A stretch of 64,000 nucleotides of DNA, from positions 937 to 64,936 of the forward strand of contig USGG01000004.1 in the NCBI GenBank assembly GCA_900554215.1, written 5' to 3'. Positions 10,615 through 20,999 of the stretch are shown here, in pieces (the stretch's first letter is position 1; every line of letters starts with the position of its first letter). The notes under the pieces were generated by a model, which saw only the letters and a list, made by a program, of their open reading frames with translations, was not told the origin of the DNA and made no database searches. The position numbers and the translations under genes were made by a program. This DNA comes from an uncultured Megasphaera sp. (GTDB taxonomy: Bacteria > Bacillota > Negativicutes > Veillonellales > Megasphaeraceae).

Positions 10615-12774
10615 ATGAAACATTTAAAGATAGCGTACAGCTTTGACGTACAATACTACTTCGTAGACAGCGACAGGGAAATCGTGCCTGTCGAACAGAC
10701 GGACTTTACCGACGTGGCCGTCGCCGTGTTGTCCGACCAGGACTTCGCCTATATCGACAAGATCGACGCGACGGGCTTCGGCATTCCCATCATGATTATC
10801 ATGCCCGGCGGCGAACGGCTTCCGGAAAAATATATCGGCAAGGTCGACGCCGTCATTACGGAGGAAATGGTCAACAAGAGCCGCTGCATTTCCACGGCAG
10901 AGCGGCTGGCCAGCAACTACGAGCAGTTTGTCCTGCCGCCCTTTTTTGCCGACCTCGTAGAGTACGTGAGCGAAAAGAACAACCCCTTCGACTGCCCCGG
11001 CCATCAGGACGGCGAATTTTTCAAGAAGCATCCGGCAGGACGCTATCTCTATGATTTCTACGGTCCTCATATTTTCCAATCCGATATATGCAACGCCGAC
11101 GTTACGCTGGGCGACTTGCTGATTCACGAAGGGCCGGCTCTGGAAGCCCAGGATTTTGCCGCTGAAGTGTTCCACGCTGACAAGACCTATTTCGTCCTCA
11201 ACGGCTCGTCGTCGTCCAATAAGGTCGTGACGAACGCCTTGCTGACGCCGGGAGACTTAGTGCTGTACGACCGGAACAACCATAAATCCGTAGCCATCGG
11301 GGCCCTCATCCAGGCAGGGGCGACGCCGGTATATTTGGAAACGGCCCGCAATCCTTACGGCTTCATCGGCGGCATTGACGCCCATTGCTTCGACGAAGCC
11401 TATCTGCGCAAGCTGGCTGCCGAGAGGGACCCGGAAAAGGCAAAGCAGCCGCGGCCCTTCCGCCTGGCCGTCATTCAGCTCGGCACCTATGACGGCACGC
11501 TGTACAACGCCCGCTACGTCGTCGATAAGATAGGCCATCTCTGCGATTACATCCTGTTCGACTCGGCCTGGGTCGGCTACGAGCAGTTTATCCCCATGCT
11601 GCGGGACAGCTCGCCCCTGCTGCTGGACCTGCACGGCGATGATCCGGGCATCATGGTGACCCAGTCGGTTCACAAGCAGCAGGCCGGCTTTTCCCAGGCC
11701 TCGCAGATTCATAAAAAGGACAATCACATCCACGACCAGAAGCGCTACTGCAACCACAAGACCTTTAACAACGCTTTCATGGCCAATGCCTCGACGAGCC
11801 CCTTTTATCCCATGTTCGCTACTATCGCCGTCAACGCCAAAATCCATTCGGGCGACGCTGGCCGGAAGATGTGGCGCGACTGCGTGAAGCTGGGCATTGA
11901 CGCCCGCAAGAGCATCCTTCAGCGCTGCCACTACATTAAGCCGTTCATCGCGCCGACGGTGCATGGAAGGCCTTGGCAGGACGGCGACACGGAGCAGATG
12001 GCCGACGACATCGCTTACTTCACCTTTGAGCCGGGAGCGAAATGGCATGCTTTTGAAGGCTATGGCCCGGACCAGTACCGCGTCGACCCGTGCAAGCTCC
12101 TGCTCACGACGCCGGGCATCGACGCCGAGACAGGCGAGTACGAAGACTTCGGCATTCACGCCAATATCCTGGCGACGTACCTGCGGGGCAACGGCGTCAT
12201 CCCGGAAAAGTGCGACCTGAATTCCATCCTGTTCCTGCTGACGCCGGCGGAAAACTGGAATAAGCTCCGCTTCCTGACGTCGCAGCTCGTCCGCTTCGAA
12301 CGGTTTGTCGACAACAACGTGCCCATGCAGGAAGTCCTTTTGGGTGTGTACAACTCCCATCCGGCCCGCTATGCCGGCTACACGATTCAGCAGCTCTGCC
12401 AGGAAATGCACGATTTCTACAAGGCGAGAAACGTAAAGGATTTGCAGAAAAAGCTGTTCCGCCGCGACTATTTCCCTGAATACGTCATGACGCCGCAGGA
12501 CGCGCAGCATGCCTTCATCCGCGGACAAGGCGAGCTCGTGCCTCTCGCCGAGCTGGAAGGACGGATTGCCCTTGAAGGGGCCCTGCCGTATCCGCCAGGC
12601 GTCCTCTGCGTCGTGCCGGGTGAACGGTGGTCGCCGACGGCCGTCCAGTATTTCAAGGCCCTTGAAGAAGGGCTCAACGAGCTTCCCGGCTTTGCCTCGG
12701 AAATCCAGGGAGTGTACCTGGAACACGAAGACGACGGCCGTGTCCACGCCTACGGCTACGTGCTGAAAGAATAA
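10615..12774 (+). CDS. Ornithine decarboxylase (fold type I, SpeC/SpeF-like)
   Basis: FDCPGHQ, LGDLLIHEG, DRNNHKS, FDSAWVGY, PLP-lysine motif TQSVHKQ, STSPFYP and PYPPG. Confidence 0.9.
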   Translation: MKHLKIAYSFDVQYYFVDSDREIVPVEQTDFTDVAVAVLSDQDFAYIDKIDATGFGIPIMIIMPGGERLPEKYIGKVDAVITEEMVNKSRCISTAERLASNYEQFVLPPFFADLVEYVSEKNNPFDCPGHQDGEFFKKHPAGRYLYDFYGPHIFQSDICNADVTLGDLLIHEGPALEAQDFAAEVFHADKTYFVLNGSSSSNKVVTNALLTPGDLVLYDRNNHKSVAIGALIQAGATPVYLETARNPYGFIGGIDAHCFDEAYLRKLAAERDPEKAKQPRPFRLAVIQLGTYDGTLYNARYVVDKIGHLCDYILFDSAWVGYEQFIPMLRDSSPLLLDLHGDDPGIMVTQSVHKQQAGFSQASQIHKKDNHIHDQKRYCNHKTFNNAFMANASTSPFYPMFATIAVNAKIHSGDAGRKMWRDCVKLGIDARKSILQRCHYIKPFIAPTVHGRPWQDGDTEQMADDIAYFTFEPGAKWHAFEGYGPDQYRVDPCKLLLTTPGIDAETGEYEDFGIHANILATYLRGNGVIPEKCDLNSILFLLTPAENWNKLRFLTSQLVRFERFVDNNVPMQEVLLGVYNSHPARYAGYTIQQLCQEMHDFYKARNVKDLQKKLFRRDYFPEYVMTPQDAQHAFIRGQGELVPLAELEGRIALEGALPYPPGVLCVVPGERWSPTAVQYFKALEEGLNELPGFASEIQGVYLEHEDDGRVHAYGYVLKE

Positions 12775-12793
12775 AAGACATGGTAAACTAACT

Positions 12794-12833
12794 AAAAGCC
12801 CTGGGCAGCGTTCTTCGCTGCTCAGGGCTTTTT
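12794..12833. terminator. Bidirectional terminator between the convergent decarboxylase and metF
   Basis: AAAAGCCCTGGGCAGCG/CGCTGCTCAGGGCTTTT with an A tract and a T tract. Confidence 0.85.
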
Positions 12834-12840
12834 GAATTTC

Positions 12841-13704
12841 TTATAATAAATTTTTTACGGCTTCCGTAATCTTTTTGGCGATATAGGGATTGTTCATCGT
12901 GTAGACGTGGATGCCGTCGACGCCGTTGGCCAGGAGGTCGGCTATCTGGTCGATAGCGTAGGCGATGCCGATGTCCCGCATGGCTTCAGCGTTGTCGCCG
13001 TATTTGGCGATAGCCCGCTGGAACTTGACCGGCAGGGTTGCGCCGCACAGGGATACCATCCGTTCGATTTGCTTCTTATTGGTGACCGGCATGATGCCCG
13101 CTTCGATGGGGACGTTGATGCCGGCGATTTCGCACCGTTCGAGGAAGCGGTAGAAGGTGGCGTTGTCGAAAAAGAGCTGGGAAATGAGCTCGCTGGCGCC
13201 GGCGTCGACCTTCGTCTTCAAGTTGCGGATATCGGCGGCCATGGTCTGGGCTTCCGTATGGCCTTCGGGATAGCAGGCGCCGATGATGTTGAATTCAGGG
13301 GCGTTCTGCTTGATGAAGGCTACGAGGTCGTTGGCATGTTCAAAGACATGGGCTCGTTCGCGGCCCGGCGTTTCGTCGCCCCGCAGGGCCAGGATATTTT
13401 CGATGCCTGCCTTTTTCAGCTCGTCCAGGGTACGCAGGGCGTCGTCTTCAGTCAGGTAAATGCAGGGCATATGAGCCGCCGTTTCACAGCCGTAGGTGTG
13501 CTTGATAGCCGAGGCCACTTCGACGGTGCGGTTGCCGCCGCTGCCGCTTCCGCTGGCGCCGCAGGTGACGCTGATGAAATCGGGATGAAGCTGGCTTAGC
13601 TCGTCCAAGGCAGCGTAAATCGTCTCGATAGGCGTATCCGGCTTCGGCGGGAAGACTTCAAAGGAAAAGACTGTTTTTTTGGCAAATAATTCATTTGTGC
13701 GCAT
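12841..13704 (-). CDS. metF: 5,10-methylenetetrahydrofolate reductase
   Basis: FSFEVFPPK, LALRGD, GACYPEGH, ISQLFFDN and GIHVYTMN motifs; AAGGAG RBS before ATG 13704. Confidence 0.95.
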   Translation of the reverse strand: MRTNELFAKKTVFSFEVFPPKPDTPIETIYAALDELSQLHPDFISVTCGASGSGSGGNRTVEVASAIKHTYGCETAAHMPCIYLTEDDALRTLDELKKAGIENILALRGDETPGRERAHVFEHANDLVAFIKQNAPEFNIIGACYPEGHTEAQTMAADIRNLKTKVDAGASELISQLFFDNATFYRFLERCEIAGINVPIEAGIMPVTNKKQIERMVSLCGATLPVKFQRAIAKYGDNAEAMRDIGIAYAIDQIADLLANGVDGIHVYTMNNPYIAKKITEAVKNLL

Positions 13705-13853
13705 ATATATGGCTCCTTGCTGCATAGCTGACAGGGAATAAGCACGAGTACAGCCGCGCGTTTTTGTTTATATTATACCATGAAGTATGGCCGTATGTAT
13801 AACAAAAGGGCCTGGAACGAGGCCCTTTTGCATGAATAGATATGTGTGCTGTC

Positions 13854-14687
13854 TTAGAAGCTGGGAAGAATGGCTCCCTGGTATTTGTCTTCGATGAATT
13901 TCTTCACTTCCGGAGACTGGAGGGCTTTGACGAGAGCCTGGATTTCCGGACGGTTTTCGTCGCCTTCGTGGATGGCTAAGATGTTGGCATACGGCGAATC
14001 CTTATCTTCGAGGAAAATTGCGTCCTTCAGCGGATTGAGGCCGGCTTCCATGGCGAAGTTCGTGTTGATGACGGCGATGTCTACGTCGTCAATGGAGCGG
14101 GGAATCTGGGCGGCTTCCAATTCGACGAACTGGAGGTTTTTGTCGTTTTTCACGATGTCCTGCACCGTAGAGGTGATGCTGCCGTTATCCTTCAGGGAAA
14201 TCAGGCCGGCCTTCTGCAGGATGAGCAATGCCCGGCCGCCGTTGGTCGGGTCGTTGGGGATGGCGACCTTTGCGCCGTTTGCCAATTCGTCCAGTTTTGC
14301 AACCTTATGAGAATAAATGCCCATCGGTTCGATATGGACCTTGCAGATGGCCTTGAGCTTCGTGCCGTGTTCTGCATTGAACGTTTCCATGTAGGGGCCG
14401 TGCTGGAAGAAGTTGGCGTCCAGCTCCTTATCGTTTAAGGCCAGATTCGGCTTGACGTAATCAGTGAATTCGATGATCTTCAAATCGATGCCGTCCTTGG
14501 CTAAGAGGGGCTTGATTTCGTTTAGGATTTCCGCGTGGGGAACGGGCGTTGCGCCGACGGTCAGGACCTTATTCTGCGTCGACTCCTTGCCGCCTGCCGG
14601 GGCGTCGCTGCCGCAGCCGGCGGCCAATACGGCCAGCGCGCAGAGAGCCGCGGCGGCCAGGATCGTAAGTTTTTTGAAATGCTTCAT
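13854..14687 (-). CDS. metQ: MetQ/NlpA methionine ABC transporter substrate-binding lipoprotein
   Basis: Lipobox LAAGC; GATPVPHAEIL, DANFFQH and AIPNDPTNGGRAL; lies downstream of a SAM riboswitch. Confidence 0.93.
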   Translation of the reverse strand: MKHFKKLTILAAAALCALAVLAAGCGSDAPAGGKESTQNKVLTVGATPVPHAEILNEIKPLLAKDGIDLKIIEFTDYVKPNLALNDKELDANFFQHGPYMETFNAEHGTKLKAICKVHIEPMGIYSHKVAKLDELANGAKVAIPNDPTNGGRALLILQKAGLISLKDNGSITSTVQDIVKNDKNLQFVELEAAQIPRSIDDVDIAVINTNFAMEAGLNPLKDAIFLEDKDSPYANILAIHEGDENRPEIQALVKALQSPEVKKFIEDKYQGAILPSF

Positions 14688-14748
14688 GAATGATTCCTCC
14701 TAAATATAAAATAATATAGCCTAAGACTGTTCAGCCTTTTATCCCATG

Positions 14749-14887
14749 AAAAAAGCCCCTTTCCCAAGAGAAAGAGGTATCGTCGCAGGGTCTTTATCTC
14801 TCGGAAATCAATCCGCAGGAATTAGCACCGTCGTTATCGGTTGCCGGGCTTCATTGGGCCAGTCCCTCCGCCGCTCTGGATAAAAGG
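14749..14887 (-). ncRNA. SAM-I riboswitch (S-box) with terminator expression platform
   Basis: Minus strand reads TTATCCAGAGCGGCGGAGGGACTGGCCCAATGAAGCCCGGCAACC...GGTGCTAATTCCTGCGG...CCGAGAGATAAAG, then a CCTCTTTC/GAAAGGGG hairpin with a T run. Confidence 0.95.
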
Positions 14888-15052
14888 ATGTAAAATTGTC
14901 TTGAACATAGTGTATCATGAATCTCAGATTTGTCAAATTGCTATATTTGCATAGTCTGTTGCCCTGATATGACGAGAGCGAAAGTAAAGGGCAGGACGGC
15001 AAAAATGTGATATAATCAAAGGACGAGATATTACATTAGGAGGTAATACAAA

Positions 15053-15475
15053 ATGGAATCGATTCAAGACGTAGTAAAAAAATACCAGCAAGGAGGCAAT
15101 AACTGCTCTGAAACGGTATTGAAGGCCTGCAATGAATATTATGGGCTTAACCTGTCGGACGACGTGTTCCGCATGGTATCGGTCATGGGCGGCGGCGTCG
15201 GCGGCTCGGGCTGTCTCTGCGGCGCCCTGAACGGCGCCTGCCATATCCTGGGCCTTCTCGTAGGCCGCAATACGCCGGAAGAAAAGACCAAGGCGGAAAT
15301 ATACGCTCCCGTAAAGGAATTTTATCAGCTGTGGACGGGCAAGTTCCACGCGTCGTGCTGCCGCGTCCTCAAGAGCCCGGCCAACGGCGGCCCCGTATCC
15401 TGTCCGGAGCTCATGATCGGCACGGCGGAGCTGCTGGCTCGCTTTATTGAAGAAAAAGGCCTGCTGAAAAAATAG
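15053..15475 (+). CDS. C-GCAxxG-C-C family putative redox protein
   Basis: NCSE, MGGG, CLCGALNGA and CC...C pattern. Confidence 0.85.
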   Translation: MESIQDVVKKYQQGGNNCSETVLKACNEYYGLNLSDDVFRMVSVMGGGVGGSGCLCGALNGACHILGLLVGRNTPEEKTKAEIYAPVKEFYQLWTGKFHASCCRVLKSPANGGPVSCPELMIGTAELLARFIEEKGLLKK

Positions 15476-15697
15476 ATCCTGCGTAACAGTCCTCGCATAG
15501 AAGGTGCGGGGACTGTTTTTTTGAAATCGTTACAAAAATGAAGACTCTGGCCAGGCGTAAATGACCGGATGTGCAGGGGCTATACGGCACAGGGGACTCA
15601 GTGGCGCGGCCAGCCTGTCGCGGCGGCGGCAGATATGATATAATGTATACTTAGCGAGTTATATCAGCAACGCAGCAATATAGATGAGAGGGTAATC

Positions 15698-17617
15698 ATG
15701 GGAAGTATAAAAGTACAGAAATTATCGAAATCATTCGGCGTCCATACGGTGTTTCAGGACGTGTCCTTTGAAATACGCCGCGGCGAGCGCGTCGGCCTCA
15801 TCGGAGCCAACGGCGCAGGCAAGTCGACGCTCCTGAAATGCCTCATGGGGCAGGAAGAATACGACGGCGGCGTCTTCGTCGTGTCCGAAGGCGAATCGGT
15901 CGGCTATCTGCAGCAGGACATTACCTTTGAAGACGACGTGACCCTGCGGCAGACCATCACCGAGGCCTGGCAGGACGTGCTGCGCCTGGAAGAACAGCTC
16001 AAGGATGCGGAGAAGGACATGCAGGCCCATCCCGACGATGAAACCGTCATGAACAAATACGCCCGCCTGCAGGAACGGTTCGAATGGCTCGGCGGCTATG
16101 AATACGAATCTATGTCCCGGAAGATCGTCCACGGCTTAGGCTTCGGCGAGGACGATCTGGACCGGCCGGTACAGCAGTTTTCCGGCGGCCAGAAAACGCG
16201 CATCAACCTGGCTAAGGCCTTAGTTCGCCGTCCCGATTACTTATTTCTCGACGAACCGACAAACCATCTGGACATGGATATGCTGGAATGGCTGGAAGGC
16301 TACTTGCTGTCCTACGGCGGCGGCATCCTCATCGTATCTCATGACCGCTATTTCCTGGACAAGGTGGCAACGGGCATCCTGGAGCTGGAACACGGCAAGG
16401 TGACTAAGTACAAAGGCAACTATTCCCGGTACATCGTCCAGCGGACGGAGCAGCGCAAGGCCTTAGAAAAGGCTTACCAAAAACAGCAGGAGCATATCCG
16501 CCAGACCGAAGAATATATCCGCAAGTATAAGGCCGGCATCAAGGCCAAGCAGGCCCGGGGCCGCCAGTCCCAGCTCAACCGGCTGGAGCGCATCGAGCTG
16601 GCCCCAGAAGCGGAAAGGCTGCATTTCCATTTTGCGCCGGCAGAAGAATGCGGTCAGAAGGTCCTGGTCCTCGACGATATCTGCGGCGGCTTCGGTGACC
16701 GGCAGTTGTTCGACCACTTGTCCCTGCTGCTGCGCCGCGGCGAGTCGGCGTCCCTCATCGGGCCGAACGGCACGGGCAAGACGACGCTCCTGCGCATGAT
16801 TATGGGCGAAATCGAAGCAGACAAGGGGCACATCACCCTGGGCAGCCGCGTGCATATTGGCTACTTTGCCCAGGAGCATACGGATTTGCACGGCGCCTGG
16901 ACGGTGCTGGAAGAAATTATGAACGATTTCAGCTACGGCGAAGATGAAGCCCGTTCTGTACTGGGGCGCTTCCTCTTTCAGGGCGACGATGTATTTAAGG
17001 TCGTCGACAGCCTGAGCGGCGGCGAACAGGCGCGGCTGGCCTTGTTGAAGCTGTTTTTGCAGGGAGCCAACTTCCTCATCCTCGACGAACCGACGAACCA
17101 CCTCGACATCCCGACGAGGGAAGTGCTGGAACAGGCCTTGCAGGAATTCGGCGGCACATACCTCGTCGTATCCCACGACCGCTATTTCCTGGACAAGATT
17201 ACCCAGCGGACCCTCGTGCTGGAAGATAAGAAGATCAAGGAATTTTTAGGAAACTACACCTATTACCGGGAAAAGGTGCGGGAAGCAGAAGAGCGGGTGG
17301 CCCAGGAATTGGCCGAACGGGAGGCGGAACAGGCCGCGGCAAAGCCTAAGCCGGCCGCTGCAGCAGCCAAGGCGGAACCGCCGGCCAAGAAAGGGACTGC
17401 GCGCAAGGAACCGTCGTATGGGACGGCCTTGAAGCTGGAAAAAATAGAAATGAAAATCGCCGAGCTGGAAGCGACGCTCAAGATGTACGAAGTGCAGATG
17501 AACCTGCCCGACGTGCAGACCGACGCTGGCAAGATGATGGAGCTGACCCGCCTTTACGACGAAACGCAGGCACAGCTGGACGCCGCGTACGAGACGTGGG
17601 AGCGACTTTCTGAATAG
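15698..17617 (+). CDS. ABC-F family ATPase (Uup/YdiF-like)
   Basis: Two ABC domains (GANGAGKS and GPNGTGKT; LDEPTNHLD twice), an interdomain linker, a C-terminal coiled coil and no TM segments. Confidence 0.92.
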   Translation: MGSIKVQKLSKSFGVHTVFQDVSFEIRRGERVGLIGANGAGKSTLLKCLMGQEEYDGGVFVVSEGESVGYLQQDITFEDDVTLRQTITEAWQDVLRLEEQLKDAEKDMQAHPDDETVMNKYARLQERFEWLGGYEYESMSRKIVHGLGFGEDDLDRPVQQFSGGQKTRINLAKALVRRPDYLFLDEPTNHLDMDMLEWLEGYLLSYGGGILIVSHDRYFLDKVATGILELEHGKVTKYKGNYSRYIVQRTEQRKALEKAYQKQQEHIRQTEEYIRKYKAGIKAKQARGRQSQLNRLERIELAPEAERLHFHFAPAEECGQKVLVLDDICGGFGDRQLFDHLSLLLRRGESASLIGPNGTGKTTLLRMIMGEIEADKGHITLGSRVHIGYFAQEHTDLHGAWTVLEEIMNDFSYGEDEARSVLGRFLFQGDDVFKVVDSLSGGEQARLALLKLFLQGANFLILDEPTNHLDIPTREVLEQALQEFGGTYLVVSHDRYFLDKITQRTLVLEDKKIKEFLGNYTYYREKVREAEERVAQELAEREAEQAAAKPKPAAAAAKAEPPAKKGTARKEPSYGTALKLEKIEMKIAELEATLKMYEVQMNLPDVQTDAGKMMELTRLYDETQAQLDAAYETWERLSE

Positions 17618-17897
17618 CTATTCTAATCATGAATTGTATGACAAAATAATATATAACCAAATAGAATTAATTTTGGTAAAACGTAGAACCATAAGTAATT
17701 ATCGGAAGAGAGCCTGTCTTTCTAACGACGTCTTGCCTTGTAAATGATAAATATATTGAAAATAGCAGCCTTTACAATATATTTTAACGTGCTATACTAT
17801 CTTCAATCGCTTTTTAGCCGGTAGGATTTCCTACACTCGCGAGCGGCTCAAAGTGAGGGGTATGAGCTAAATTTTAGATACAGAAAGAAGCGATTGA

Positions 17898-19307
17898 ATG
17901 ATGGCAACGTTTAATCCGGTTACGCCGGAATTACTGGAAAAATTACGAAACGTCGTAGGGGATAAATTCGTCAAAACCGACGAAGACTATTTGACGGCCT
18001 ATCAGACTGATGAAGAAGGAAATTCGATTTACTTCCGCAAGCCGGAAGTCGTCGTATTTCCCGGCAGTACGGAAGAAGTAGCGGCGATCGTCAAGCTGGC
18101 GAACGAGTATTTGGTTCCATTGACGCCCCGTTCGGCCGGCTCCGGCGTCGCCTGCGGCGCTATTCCCGTATACCATGGCATCGTCGTCGAATTGGAACGC
18201 ATGAATAAAATTTTGAAATTTGACGCCGACAATATGTACGCCACTTGCCAGACCGGCGTATTGACTGGCGAGCTGCAGGCTGAAGCGCGCAAGCATAACC
18301 TGTTATACGCAGGCGATCCATCCAGTGCCGAAAGCTGCCAAATCGGCGGCAACGTCGCCAACAACGCCGGCGGCAATAAAGCCGTCAAATACGGCACGAC
18401 GCGCCACCAGATTTACAGCCTGAAAGTCGTTACGCCGACAGGCGATATCGTCACGCTCGGCGCGCGTCTGCAAAAATGCTCTACCGGCTTATGCCTGGAA
18501 CAGCTGCTGGCAGGCTCGGAAGGTATTTTAGGCATCATCACAGAGGTTACAGTTAAACTTCGTCCGTTACCGCCGTATAGCTTCAACATGGTCTGCGTGT
18601 TTAAATCCGATGAAGAAGCCTTCGCCCTGCCGAATAAGATTTTAAAGGCCGGCATCGACCCGACGAGCATCGAATTTATGGATAACGAAGCATTGCAGCT
18701 TACCTGCAAATTCCTGGACATGAAGATGCCCCACGTCGACGACGGCTGCGACTATGTCATCGTTACTGTCGAATCGTTTAACGAAGAAGATTCGGACCGC
18801 AAGATGGAACAGCTCTGCGACTTGGCGGAAGCCAACGGCTCTATTGACGAATTTGAAGCTGACGCCCGTATCTGGAAGCTGCGCAAGCAATTTGCCGAAG
18901 CGGCCCGCAGCGTCGACAAGATGTTCCAGACGGAAGATTTCGTCGTGCCGCTGGACAAAATTCCCGATATTACGAAACAGCTGCCGGAACTGCGCCGGAA
19001 ATACGACTTGTACTGCGTCACCGTAGCTCATATCGGCGACGGCAACATTCATGTCTTGCCGCTGAACAATAAAAGGTTGTCGCCGGAAGAATGGTTTAAC
19101 AAAATCAAAGCCTTTCATCACGATTTGTTCCCTCGCGTATATGCTCTAGGCGGCAAAATGTCGGGAGAACACGGCATCGGCTTTAAGAAATTGGAAGAAT
19201 TCGAAGCCTGTACGCCTGAAGGAGAATTGAAGATGATCCGGGCTATTAAAAAGGCTTTGGATCCAAATGATATTATGAATCCAGGCAAACTCGTCAACGT
19301 CGGTTAA
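17898..19307 (+). CDS. FAD-binding 2-hydroxyacid oxidoreductase (GlcD/LctD-like, possible D-lactate dehydrogenase)
   Basis: IGGNVANNAGG..AVKYG, GSEGILG, HIGDGNIH, SGEHGIG and DPNDIMNPGK motifs. Confidence 0.85.
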   Translation: MMATFNPVTPELLEKLRNVVGDKFVKTDEDYLTAYQTDEEGNSIYFRKPEVVVFPGSTEEVAAIVKLANEYLVPLTPRSAGSGVACGAIPVYHGIVVELERMNKILKFDADNMYATCQTGVLTGELQAEARKHNLLYAGDPSSAESCQIGGNVANNAGGNKAVKYGTTRHQIYSLKVVTPTGDIVTLGARLQKCSTGLCLEQLLAGSEGILGIITEVTVKLRPLPPYSFNMVCVFKSDEEAFALPNKILKAGIDPTSIEFMDNEALQLTCKFLDMKMPHVDDGCDYVIVTVESFNEEDSDRKMEQLCDLAEANGSIDEFEADARIWKLRKQFAEAARSVDKMFQTEDFVVPLDKIPDITKQLPELRRKYDLYCVTVAHIGDGNIHVLPLNNKRLSPEEWFNKIKAFHHDLFPRVYALGGKMSGEHGIGFKKLEEFEACTPEGELKMIRAIKKALDPNDIMNPGKLVNVG

Positions 19308-19560
19308 GTGCAGCTTTATAGATCATGACAAAGATAACGGCAGGGTTTATACTTTTTAATATATTCCCTGTCGTTTTTTATTACCTTATAGAATTACATA
19401 ATATGTAAAGAAAGAATGAACTTGTGCCATATTTTCGCGGAAAGATAGTCATAAAAATGTTGATATAACCATACAAATAGATTATAGTTATATAAGGTAG
19501 ATAATGAAGTAAATGGGAATGCGGTGTTCCCCGTTGTTGCAGTGGAGCTAGGGTGGTACG

Positions 19561-19806
19561 ATGAAATATTATAGCCGTTTGAAGCCTCTTCGCCTGGAAG
19601 CGAAAATGTCTCAGGCCGATGTGGCGAAAGTATTGAACTGTTCGCAAGTTGGATATGGAATGTATGAGCTGGGAAAACGAAAAATTTCCGTAGAAAAACT
19701 CATGGTACTGGCTAGGCTGTACCATGTGTCGCTGGACTATCTCGTCGGCTTTACGGATGAACGGGAAGGCCGCAAGTCCTGGCACGACGAAGACGAATAT
19801 ATGTAA
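19561..19806 (+). CDS. Small XRE-family HTH regulator
   Basis: LR...KMSQADVAKVLNCSQVGYGMYELG...LARLYHVSLDYLVG. Confidence 0.85.
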   Translation: MKYYSRLKPLRLEAKMSQADVAKVLNCSQVGYGMYELGKRKISVEKLMVLARLYHVSLDYLVGFTDEREGRKSWHDEDEYM

Positions 19807-19813
19807 CCATGCG

Positions 19814-19851
19814 AAAAAGCGCTGCCCCTCAAAGGGAACAGCGCTTTTTTT
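19814..19851. terminator. Bidirectional terminator
   Basis: AAAAAGCGCTG/CAGCGCTTTTTT between convergent genes. Confidence 0.8.
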
Positions 19852-19876
19852 GCGTTCATTACGAGTATAGACGATA

Positions 19877-20983
19877 TTAGACGTTGAAACGGAAGTACGT
19901 GACGTCTCCGTCCTGCATGACGTATTCCTTGCCTTCCAGGCGGACGAGGCCCTTTTCCTTGGCGGCCTGTTCGCTGCCGCAGGCGATGAGGTCTTCATAC
20001 GATACGATTTCGGCGCGGATGAAGCCCCGTTCGATATCCGTATGGATTTTGCCGGCCGCTTTCGGCGCTTTTGTGCCCTTGACGATGGTCCAGGCCCGTA
20101 CTTCGTCGGCGCCGGCCGTGAAGAAGTTGATGAGGCCCAAAAGGGAGTAGCTGGCTTTGATGAGTTTGTCCAGGCCCGATTCGGGAAGGCCCAGCTCTTC
20201 TAAGAAGACGGCGGCTTCGTCGTCGGGAAGCTCGGCGATTTCCGATTCGATTTTAGCCGATACAGCGACGACCTGAGCGCCTTCCTGGGCGGCGTATTCT
20301 TCGACGCGCTTGACGTTCGGATTGGAGTCCGGATCGCCCGCTTCGTCTTCGCTGACGTTGGCGATGTAAATAATCGGCTTCAGCGTGAGGAGATTCAAAT
20401 CCTTGACCTGAGGCAGCTCGTCTTCCGTCAGGCCGGCTTTACGGGCCGGTTCGCCTTCTTCCAGGGCCGCCAGGACCTTTTTCAGGACTTCGTATTCCGC
20501 TTTCGCCGCCTTGTCGCCGCACTGGGCTACCTTGGCGATGCGGTCGGCCCGCTTCTGCGTCGTTTCCAAGTCGGCCAGGCACAGCTCGGTGTTGATGATT
20601 TCGATGTCGCGGATCGGGTCAACGGAGCCGGCTACGTGGGTGATATTGGAATCTTCAAAGCAGCGGACGACTTCGGCGATGGCGTCCGTTTCGCGGATGT
20701 GGCTGAGGAATTTGTTGCCCAGCCCTTCGCCCTTGGACGCGCCGGCTACGAGGCCGGCAATATCGACAAAGCGCATGACGGCGGGAATCGTCTTTTTCGG
20801 ATGATACATGTCCGTCAGGACCTGGATGCGGTTGTCCGGCACTTCGACGACGCCGACGTTTGGTTCAATCGTGCAGAAAGGATAGTTTGCCGCTTCTGCT
20901 CCGGCTTTGGTAATGGCATTGAACAGGGTGCTCTTGCCGACGTTCGGCAAGCCGACAATGCCGACTTCCAGATTGGTACTCAA
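19877..20983 (-). CDS. ychF: Ribosome-binding ATPase YchF
   Basis: GIVGLPNVGKST, ANYPFCTIEPN, DIAGLV, GLGNKFL and a C-terminal TGS domain. Confidence 0.97.
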   Translation of the reverse strand: MSTNLEVGIVGLPNVGKSTLFNAITKAGAEAANYPFCTIEPNVGVVEVPDNRIQVLTDMYHPKKTIPAVMRFVDIAGLVAGASKGEGLGNKFLSHIRETDAIAEVVRCFEDSNITHVAGSVDPIRDIEIINTELCLADLETTQKRADRIAKVAQCGDKAAKAEYEVLKKVLAALEEGEPARKAGLTEDELPQVKDLNLLTLKPIIYIANVSEDEAGDPDSNPNVKRVEEYAAQEGAQVVAVSAKIESEIAELPDDEAAVFLEELGLPESGLDKLIKASYSLLGLINFFTAGADEVRAWTIVKGTKAPKAAGKIHTDIERGFIRAEIVSYEDLIACGSEQAAKEKGLVRLEGKEYVMQDGDVTYFRFNV

Positions 20984-20999
20984 TGGTTAAACCACCTTT

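Noticed and set aside
19561..19806. XRE HTH gene as a prophage repressor or type II antitoxin
   Set aside because: No neighbouring phage or toxin gene; it appears to be a solitary regulator
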